From: a virus
Length of the DNA stretch: 64,000 bases
IMG/VR virus record: IMGVR_UViG_3300027777_000023
Location: 125,603 to 189,602 of that record
Reading direction: 5' to 3' (one strand)
The position numbers and the translations under genes were made by a program. Positions 28,305-36,204 of this stretch are shown piece after piece. Within the stretch, counting starts at the first letter, position 1; each line of letters starts with the position of its first letter. The notes under the pieces were generated by a model. The model had not been told where the DNA came from, searched no databases, and saw only the letters and a list, made by a program, of their open reading frames with translations.

Positions 28305-31281
28305 ATTTGCCCTAGTTCACGGCAAGCTTACAAAAGTGCCAAAGTCGCAGAAGTCGAAATATAGCATGATCGACCCTTCGCACTTCTTCAGCCCTGTAAC
28401 TAATCTTATTCCAGGACTCAGCTCAGTATCAGGTGCACGCGTACTAATCGGTGACAAGTCTTCGCTGCAGGCCATGACACTCACCAATCGTGAGGCTCCT
28501 CTGGTGCAGGCAGCGCCCAAAGCCGGAGGCGGAGACAGTTTTGCAAAGCAGTTTGGTAAACTTGTGAGTATTTCTGCAAAGACTGACGGCGTGGTATCTA
28601 AAATCGAGGACGACCACATGATCGTCAAAGACTCGGCAGGTAAAGAACATCATCACGACCGCTACAATAATTACATCATAGGGCGTGAAAGCTATATTCA
28701 CCATACACCTAACGTAAAGGTTGGCGATAAAGTTAAAGAAGGACAACTACTGGCAACATCCAACTACTCTGACCATGAAGGCACATTATCATTAGGGATG
28801 AACCTTAAAACAGCCATCATGCCGTTCAGATCTTTGAATTTCGAAGATTCTTTGGCCATATCTGAGTCAGCAGCTAAAAAATTGGAAGGGGAGCAGCTTA
28901 TTCCTGTGCGTATGGAAATTGCTAGAGGGATCTCTACCGACAAAGACAGGTACATCTCTTTATTTCCAAACAAATACTACAACGACCAGCTCTCACACAT
29001 AGACAGTCATGGTGTGGTGAAGAAAGGTACCGTATTGAAACACGGAGATCCGATCATCCTAGCTTTTCAACCTAAAACACTAAAGTCCCTTGATATCCAG
29101 CTAGGCAAACTGTCCAAAGTTATTCGTAACGCTTTCTCAGACATTTCAGTGGCCTGGGAGTATGAGTATGAGGGTGTGGTGACGGATACTTCAGCCAGTG
29201 GCGGTCTTGTGGCTGTGACAGTAAAAACAAAAAGACCCATGAGTCATGGCGACAAGCTCAACATGCCTTTTGGTGCAAAAGGAGTAGTAAGTATTGTTCC
29301 AGACACGCAAATGCCTCAAGGCGAAGACGGCAAACCTGTGGATGTGTTGTTGAATTCCATGAGTATCACTAGTCGTGTTGCTCCGGGTTTGGTGAATGCA
29401 ATTGGTTTGGGTAAGCTGGCCCAAAAGCAGGGCAAAGCACTTACAATGACAGGTTTCACCGAAGGTTCAGCTGTCCAGAAAGTGATTGATATTTTGGACA
29501 AGCACGGAATAAAAGATACCGAGAAGCTTTATGATCCTTTGTCTGGTAAGCACGTTGAAGTACTCACAGGTCCTCTGTATTTTAATCGTTTGCACCATAT
29601 CGCAGAAGACAAGATATCCGCAAGATCGGCGGCCACGACGTATGATATCAATATGCAGCCTTCAAAGGCAGGCTCGCACGAGAAAGCTAAGCGTATAGGT
29701 AATTTGGCAACAACTGTTGCCCTATCCAACGACGCCAAAGCAGTGCTCAGAGATATTGCCACAGTCAGAGCAACAAAGAACGACGACTTTTGGACAGCTT
29801 TGAAGCTCGGTTTGCCGCCACCTCCACAAAAAGTACCGTTCATATTTGATAAATTTATAGGTCACCTCAAGGGGGCTGGTGTTAATGTACAGCAGGATGG
29901 ATCTAAATTTCATATCATGCCGCAGACAGATAAAGATATTGTGGCGATGTCTCAGGGAGAAATTAAAGAACCTCTAACGTACAAAATTAGAAAAGATTCT
30001 CTTATCGAAGAAGAACACGGGCTTTTTGATCCGTCGTTGGTGGGTATCCATGGCGATAATTTTAATCATATAAGCTTAAACCATAGAATTCCTAATCCTA
30101 TGGCCGAGGATCATCTGCGCAAGCTTTTGAAGATGACCAAAAATGCGTACGAGGAAGCAGCCGCATCAGGCTCGATCGAGAAAGACCTTAAAAAGATCAA
30201 CGTTGACGAAAAGATCGCAGAACTCAAAAAGGTCATAGGGCTAAAAAAGAAAACCGGTAGAGACGACGCAATTAAATCTCTCAGCTTTCTAACGATGCTA
30301 AAGCAGCACAATCTAAAGCCTGAGGATATGTTGTTGTCTAAGATCCCGGTGATTCCTGCGCAATATCGCCCTGTTATGGTTCAGGGGGATCAGGCACTGA
30401 CTGCAGACGTTAATGAGCTATATAAGGATTTAATCATGGTGAATAAATCTTTTGGGGCAGCCAAAGATTCTCCTGACGTTGATCCGGAACACCTCAGTAC
30501 AGCAAAGAAGCAGATATATAATGGTGTTAAAGCTGTTTTTGGTTTAGGTGGACCTATCAACCAGAAGAGTATTGAGAAAGGCTACAAAGGATTATTGGCT
30601 TCTGCTCTGGGTTTGCAGGGAGGCTCGGCCAAAGAAAGTATGTTTCAGGCAAAGGTGGTTAATAAGCCTATTGATCTTGTAGGTCGAGCTGTTTTGCTGC
30701 CGGACTCTAATCTAGATCTAAATCAAAGCAGTATTCCTCAATCTGTAGCGTGGAGCATTTATTCCCCTTTTGTGATTCGGCGTATGGTTCGCATGGGAAT
30801 TCCAGCAACGAAAGCCAGAGAATATCTAGAACACAAACACCCATTAGCGTTACAGGCACTGCATGAAGAGATGGCTGATCGTCCAGGAATCGTTACGCGA
30901 GATCCCCAGCTGTCTAAATACAACTTCCAGGGAATGTATTTGAAGATGAATCCTGATCCCAAGGATTTCTCTATCAAACTAAACCCTCTCGTGTTTAAGG
31001 GATATGGGGCGGACAGTGACGGCGATCAACTCAACGTACAGGTTCCTGCATCAGAAGAAGCAAAGGAAGAAGTCAAGGAGAAGTTATTGCCGGAAAAGAA
31101 CTTAATTTATCACCGCACTTTCTCACCAATTTACACTCCCTCGAATGAAGCTGCAACAGGCTTATTTGCTGCTAGTTTTGAGGATAAGAAAAATCAACCA
31201 AAGAAATATCACTCAGAGCAAGAAGTAGTTAGAGACTTTCTTGCTGGTAAATTAGATATTGGTGACAGGGTAGAAATATAG
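28285..31281 (+). CDS. rpoBC: RNA polymerase betaC-beta'N fusion subunit (contains the catalytic Asp triad)
   Basis: Beta motifs SLQAM, GMNLKTAIMP, NFEDS, GDKLNMPFGAKGV, LHHIAEDKISARS; beta' motifs PVIPAQYRP, KPIDLVGRAV, RDPQL, YGADSDGDQL, PSNEAATGL. Confidence 0.93.
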   Translation: MSLKTFKFALVHGKLTKVPKSQKSKYSMIDPSHFFSPVTNLIPGLSSVSGARVLIGDKSSLQAMTLTNREAPLVQAAPKAGGGDSFAKQFGKLVSISAKTDGVVSKIEDDHMIVKDSAGKEHHHDRYNNYIIGRESYIHHTPNVKVGDKVKEGQLLATSNYSDHEGTLSLGMNLKTAIMPFRSLNFEDSLAISESAAKKLEGEQLIPVRMEIARGISTDKDRYISLFPNKYYNDQLSHIDSHGVVKKGTVLKHGDPIILAFQPKTLKSLDIQLGKLSKVIRNAFSDISVAWEYEYEGVVTDTSASGGLVAVTVKTKRPMSHGDKLNMPFGAKGVVSIVPDTQMPQGEDGKPVDVLLNSMSITSRVAPGLVNAIGLGKLAQKQGKALTMTGFTEGSAVQKVIDILDKHGIKDTEKLYDPLSGKHVEVLTGPLYFNRLHHIAEDKISARSAATTYDINMQPSKAGSHEKAKRIGNLATTVALSNDAKAVLRDIATVRATKNDDFWTALKLGLPPPPQKVPFIFDKFIGHLKGAGVNVQQDGSKFHIMPQTDKDIVAMSQGEIKEPLTYKIRKDSLIEEEHGLFDPSLVGIHGDNFNHISLNHRIPNPMAEDHLRKLLKMTKNAYEEAAASGSIEKDLKKINVDEKIAELKKVIGLKKKTGRDDAIKSLSFLTMLKQHNLKPEDMLLSKIPVIPAQYRPVMVQGDQALTADVNELYKDLIMVNKSFGAAKDSPDVDPEHLSTAKKQIYNGVKAVFGLGGPINQKSIEKGYKGLLASALGLQGGSAKESMFQAKVVNKPIDLVGRAVLLPDSNLDLNQSSIPQSVAWSIYSPFVIRRMVRMGIPATKAREYLEHKHPLALQALHEEMADRPGIVTRDPQLSKYNFQGMYLKMNPDPKDFSIKLNPLVFKGYGADSDGDQLNVQVPASEEAKEEVKEKLLPEKNLIYHRTFSPIYTPSNEAATGLFAASFEDKKNQPKKYHSEQEVVRDFLAGKLDIGDRVEI

Positions 31282-31284
31282 CTG

Positions 31285-31312
31285 TTGACATCCCACCTAT
31301 CCTTTGTATACT
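31285..31312 (+). promoter_or_regulatory. sigma70-like promoter, likely leaderless
   Basis: TTGACA-N16-TATACT; ATG at 31319 is 7 nt downstream. Confidence 0.65.
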
Positions 31313-31318
31313 GGAGGG

Positions 31319-32749
31319 ATGCTAGACATTCAAGGAACACTATCGCGGTTTGGTTACGACCCAGGAACGCTAAAGAGATACTCAGAGCGTCCTGTGCTGA
31401 TATTATGCGATTATTGTGATAAATCGCACGAAACACTGTATTGCAGATACGCCAATAATAATAACATGACCTGCGGCAGCAAAGACTGCAGGAACAAGTT
31501 AACCGAGAAAACCTGTCTCGTTAAGTATGGTACAAAGCACCACCTAGCTTCTGAGGAGGTGAAGGTTAGACGAAAGCACAGCAATATAGCTAAGTATGGT
31601 GTTGCGCATATCGCTCAAGTGGTTGAAATACGTGAGAAGATAAAGGAATCTAATGTGTGTACTTATACAGAAAAAGACGCAGACGGTAATTCCGTGGTTG
31701 TGGAAAAAATCAAAAAAACACATAGAGCCAGGTACGGTGTAGATTTCGCCATCAACAGAGCAGACATTCGAGAAAAGGCCAAAGCTTCAACCAAACTCAG
31801 TTGCGGTGTTGAAAACCCATTCAACTCATCTACGTGTATGCTGAAAGCAGTGGAAACTAAAATAGCGCGTTACGGTACAGCTCATCCAAGTAATTGTTAT
31901 GGTAAGGCGCAGCAAGAATTGGCAGATTGGCTTTTGGCAATTTCAGGTAAAGAGTTCAAAGCAGATTTTAAAATACTCAAAGGAAAAGAAATTGATTTGT
32001 ATAATGAGGAGCTGCGGTTAGGTGTAGAGTATTGCGGCTTATATTGGCATACAGAAGATTCAAGAACACCTCGCGATAGGAATTATCATATAGATAAATT
32101 TAAAAGAGCTAAATCTCAGAATGTAAGACTTATCACAGTGTTTGAAGATGAGTGGGTATATAGACAGACTCAGGTTAAGAATTTTTTACGCTCTGTGCTA
32201 GGTGCAAATGAACATGTGGTTTATGCTAGAAAGTGTAGTGTGCGTGAGATAGTCGGCAGAGATGGTAGAGCTTTTTTTGACGCGCACCATATTCAAGGAG
32301 CCAACAATCTTGGTAAATATTTTGCAGGATTGTTTTATGAAGACAATCTATTGGCTGTGATGAGTTTTGGTCGCCACCATCGAAAATCTTCTCAATTAGT
32401 GTTGGATCGCTTTGCCGTTAGAGATAATTATAGCGTTGTCGGCGGAGCATCTAAACTATTTAAGTTTTTGCTCAGCTTGAGTGGTGTTGAAGAAGTTGTT
32501 AGTTGGTCAGACAACCGTTGGAGTTGGGGAGACGTGTACGTTCAGTTAGGGTTTCAATTAGAGGAATCTCTGGGACCGGACTACAGCTATGTAGATTTTT
32601 CCCACAATTGTCGAAGGTTATCCAAACAGTCTCAGCGCAAAAGTAAAACTAATTGCCCAGCAAACAAGACCGAAAAAGAATTTTCTAACTCTAAAAACTT
32701 GCATAGATTGTGGGATTGCGGCAAGCTGAGGTGGATGTTTCGCAAATAA
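31319..32749 (+). mobile_element. Hef/Vsr-like PD-(D/E)XK endonuclease with KYG repeats fused to a Mom-like GNAT domain
   Basis: N-terminal CxxC; repeats VKYGTKH / AKYGVAH / ARYGVDF / ARYGTAH; EIDLYNEELRLGVEYCGLYWH; C-terminal HHIQG...LDRFA...GGASKLFK...WSDNRW..GDVYVQLGF. Confidence 0.7.
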
Positions 32750-32775
32750 TCTTTATTTTTACGTTGTTTTAAGTT

Positions 32776-32976
32776 ATGCTTGAGGAAAATATATGGTTAC
32801 AGCTGAGTGATGACGAAAAATTCACTGAGCTGGAGACCTATTTAAACGAGCTTATTGAGATAGAGAAAGGTTGTCATGAACTAAGTAATACTGAGGGTCA
32901 GGGCAAACTCCCAAACATTAAAAAAACTTTAAACGACAAAATCTTTAAAATAATAGAACTGGAAAACGCAACATAA
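32776..32976 (+). CDS. Small hypothetical protein
   Basis: 66-aa acidic ORF, tightly coupled to the next gene. Confidence 0.6.
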   Translation: MLEENIWLQLSDDEKFTELETYLNELIEIEKGCHELSNTEGQGKLPNIKKTLNDKIFKIIELENAT

Positions 32977-32977
32977 C

Positions 32978-33856
32978 ATGAAAATCTCAGAATTACTAGA
33001 AGACTACAGAAAGATTTCAAAAACAGCTAACGTCAAAAAGCTCACCAAGAAGGCGTTTATACCTAACCCTGACGTTATGGCTCAGCAGCAGCAAGCACAA
33101 CAACCTCAGCAAGGTGGTGCGCAGGGTCAGCCACCACAGCAAGGACAACCACAACCTCAGGGTGGCGGACAACCTCCGGCTCCTCAAGGCCAACCCCAGC
33201 CACCTCAAGCTCCTCCGCAACCGCCGCAGGCTCCGCAGCAACCTCAAGGACAACCGCAAGCGCAAGGTGGTGGTCCTATGGAACAGCTCATGGCGGAGGT
33301 TCAACAACTTTCCCCGGAAACACAACAACAGGTAGCTCCACTCATTCAACAGCTGCAGTCGATGCCTCCAGAGCAGCGAGACCAGCAAGCTATAGCAGTA
33401 CTTCAGCAGCTCGAGGCACAACAACAACAGCAAGGCGCACCGCAGGGTGGAGGTATGGAGACGCAAGCCTCGATTGAAGATGAATATGCCGCAGCTATGC
33501 AACAACAGGCTATGGGAGGTCAGCAAGGACAACCACAACCACCGCAACCGCAAGATATGCAACAGCAGGCCGCCCAGGACGCCGGTCAAGCAGAGGCTTC
33601 TGCGGTGGAAGCAAAGAATGAACTGGATAATGTGAAGGTCACCCTTACTGTGCGCGAACTTCTCGATTTGGTGGGCAAGGGCACTGCCACAGCATCACTG
33701 CTCAAGGTCAAACAGCTTGCTGATACACATCAGCAGAAGATGGATCAGAGCAAACAAAAAGCAGACGCACAACAGCAACAGCAGACACAACAACAACAGC
33801 AAGACCAGCAGGGTATGATGGGTGGCGGAATTTACTCAGCACCGATGGGTAATTAA
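32978..33856 (+). CDS. Gln/Pro-rich low-complexity protein with N-terminal K-x-A motifs
   Basis: ISKTANV, TKKAFI, followed by Q/P/G tracts. Confidence 0.75.
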   Translation: MKISELLEDYRKISKTANVKKLTKKAFIPNPDVMAQQQQAQQPQQGGAQGQPPQQGQPQPQGGGQPPAPQGQPQPPQAPPQPPQAPQQPQGQPQAQGGGPMEQLMAEVQQLSPETQQQVAPLIQQLQSMPPEQRDQQAIAVLQQLEAQQQQQGAPQGGGMETQASIEDEYAAAMQQQAMGGQQGQPQPPQPQDMQQQAAQDAGQAEASAVEAKNELDNVKVTLTVRELLDLVGKGTATASLLKVKQLADTHQQKMDQSKQKADAQQQQQTQQQQQDQQGMMGGGIYSAPMGN

Positions 33857-33867
33857 TTGTACATGAT

Positions 33868-34278
33868 ATGCTAGACCTAACCAAATTGGCCACCTATCTA
33901 GACTCGTTTGAGAAAGGTGACCCTAACTACGACAGGGCCTGCTTCATAAAGAGTAAGTTGGCTACTGATTTACAGGATCGCGAAACCATCAACAACGGAG
34001 AAGAAGATGATCTTACTGATAATGACATCACCATGGCTACTCCGGATCAACAATCCTCGAGTAATCAGGAAGGTGAGATAATGGATGGTGTTTTCCAGGA
34101 ATTAGACGCACTAAATCAAATAAAAGAAGAAAAAGAGGAAATTAAGCTGGATCCTAGACAAGAAGTCACAAGAAACCCTAATCTTAATTCTGCCTCGCCT
34201 GAAGATTTTGGCAACAACAGCCTAAACACAAAACAAGCCACATTATTTCAAATACTGCAGAAAAAACTTAATAAGTAA
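33868..34278 (+). CDS. Acidic hypothetical protein with an N-terminal K-x-A motif
   Basis: MLDLTKLATY; TAATG overlap with beta'C. Confidence 0.7.
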   Translation: MLDLTKLATYLDSFEKGDPNYDRACFIKSKLATDLQDRETINNGEEDDLTDNDITMATPDQQSSSNQEGEIMDGVFQELDALNQIKEEKEEIKLDPRQEVTRNPNLNSASPEDFGNNSLNTKQATLFQILQKKLNK

Positions 34279-36128
34279 TGGCTACCACAACAGTAGGACA
34301 TATTCTGTTGAAGTTTTATTTGCCTCAGCAGTTTCAGCATCTGGTACATGATAAAATACTCGATAAAAAGGGTATATCTGTGTTGTTTGCTGAATTGGCT
34401 GAAAAAGCTCCACAGGAGTATTCAAAGATAGTATCCGACCTCACTAAACTAGGATTTGAAATAGCCACAAGACAGGGGACATCTCTGACGTTGCGAGATC
34501 TAGTAAGCCCTATCGACAAAGATAAATTGTGGGGCGGTTTTGATGCATTCAAAGATAAGGTTGAGGCCACCAAAGACTCTCGCGCAATTAAAGACAGCAA
34601 GATCTTTGATCATTATAACACTATGATGAGTAATGTCGAAAAAGACATTCTAGCTCAGGGATTGAAAGAAAATAAATCTCTAGCGAAGATTATTTTGGCA
34701 GGCTCTCGCGGTTCTCCAGCACAGTATCGAGGAACTATAGCCACTCAAGGCATTGTTGTTGATGCTGAAGGAAAACCTAAGATGGATATTCCTATTAAAA
34801 GCTCATACGCTGAAGGATTGACGCTTCCTGAATATCTAACAACATCTTTTGGAGCTAGAACTGGTGAAGTATTAAAGAAAATTTCCGTGGCGCAGGGAGG
34901 ATACGGATCAAAACAATTTGCACGAGCACTCATGCCATTACAGATTGTTGAAGCTGACTGTGGTACTCTTAACGGTATTGATATACTTGTTTCAGACCGC
35001 GAGTCTATTGGTGCACATCTTTCCAAGGCTGTTGAAGGCTACAACAGAAACAACGAGGTTACGGCCAAAATGCTCAACGACCTCAAGTCAAAGGGCGTCA
35101 AACATATTTTCATTCGGTCACCGATGACTTGCCAGTCAAATAAGAAACATCATTCTGGCGGCTTATGTCAGATGTGTGTGGGTAGGCGAGAAAAAGGTAT
35201 GGCAGCTATGGATAGTTATATTGGTCTTGTGGCAGGAACCGCCGTGGCTGAACCACTCACAGAAAGTGCTATGAAAGCCCGACATTCAGGGGGAGCAGCC
35301 ACATCACTAGGAGGTCAGCAGGGGTTTAAACTTATTAACCAGTTGGCAAATGTTCCAAAAACATTTATCAGCAAAGCACCGTTAGCTCAGGCTGACGGTT
35401 TTATCACCAAGCTTGAACCTGCTGCGGCTGGAGGGCACTTTATCAGTGTTAACGACGAAGAACATTACATAGGTCTAGGACAAGATCCAGTAGTTAAACA
35501 CGGCGACCGCGTAGAACAAGGCCAAGTATTAAGTACCGGACTCATAGATCCTAGAGACGTTGTGGAACGCAAGGGTATTGGGGAAGGTCGAAAGTATTAT
35601 ATGGAGGCAATGAAAAAGGCCTTTGACGATAGCGGACTTGGCGTTAATCGCCGAAACTTTGAACTTATCGCAAAAGCTGCAATCGATCATGTGAGGGTCA
35701 CAGATCCGCACGGGCTAGGTAATTATCTGCCTGACCAGGTGGTATCATATTCTGCGATTGAAAAAGATTATGTGCCCAGAGAAGATTCAAAGCAGATGCG
35801 TGTAGATCTGGCATATGGCAAATACCTCGAAAAACCGGAACTTCACTATACTATAGGCACTAAAATAACTTCACAGGTGGTAGCAAAGCTGAAAGAGCAC
35901 GATATTGAGTCTGTTATTGTTCATGATGAGCATCCGCACTTTGAGCCTGTGATGGTTCGTCTGGTTGATATCCCTGAACATAACGAAGATTGGATGGCTG
36001 TGTTGAACAGCACTAACTTAGCCAAGCGTTTTGTCAACATGGTCAACAGAGGAGCAACTTCTGACACTGCCGGTCCACACCCTGTACCTGGTCTTGCTTA
36101 TGGTAAAGGTTTTGGTGAAAAAGGCTAA
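34278..36128 (+). CDS. rpoC: Split RNA polymerase beta' subunit, C-terminal part
   Basis: TTVG; GSRGSPAQ; bridge helix SYAEGLTLPEYLTTSFGARTG; EADCGT, RSPMTC, LCQMC (second Zn site); trigger loop AEPLTESAMKARHSGG. Confidence 0.93.
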   Translation: MATTTVGHILLKFYLPQQFQHLVHDKILDKKGISVLFAELAEKAPQEYSKIVSDLTKLGFEIATRQGTSLTLRDLVSPIDKDKLWGGFDAFKDKVEATKDSRAIKDSKIFDHYNTMMSNVEKDILAQGLKENKSLAKIILAGSRGSPAQYRGTIATQGIVVDAEGKPKMDIPIKSSYAEGLTLPEYLTTSFGARTGEVLKKISVAQGGYGSKQFARALMPLQIVEADCGTLNGIDILVSDRESIGAHLSKAVEGYNRNNEVTAKMLNDLKSKGVKHIFIRSPMTCQSNKKHHSGGLCQMCVGRREKGMAAMDSYIGLVAGTAVAEPLTESAMKARHSGGAATSLGGQQGFKLINQLANVPKTFISKAPLAQADGFITKLEPAAAGGHFISVNDEEHYIGLGQDPVVKHGDRVEQGQVLSTGLIDPRDVVERKGIGEGRKYYMEAMKKAFDDSGLGVNRRNFELIAKAAIDHVRVTDPHGLGNYLPDQVVSYSAIEKDYVPREDSKQMRVDLAYGKYLEKPELHYTIGTKITSQVVAKLKEHDIESVIVHDEHPHFEPVMVRLVDIPEHNEDWMAVLNSTNLAKRFVNMVNRGATSDTAGPHPVPGLAYGKGFGEKG

Positions 36129-36152
36129 TTTGGCTGCTTTCCTAGAAGGTTC

Positions 36153-36181
36153 TTGATATACAAGCAAAAAATCCATAAAAT
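36153..36181 (+). promoter_or_regulatory. sigma70-like promoter
   Basis: TTGATA-N17-TAAAAT. Confidence 0.55.
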
Positions 36182-36204
36182 TAAGTAAATCCAGAAAAAT
36201 TTAT

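Noticed and set aside
31282-34277. A group I intron (with the endonuclease) explaining the beta' split
   Set aside because: The 3-kb gap holds three additional ordinary phage genes and a promoter, both beta' halves have proper stop/start codons, and I see no intron core motifs.
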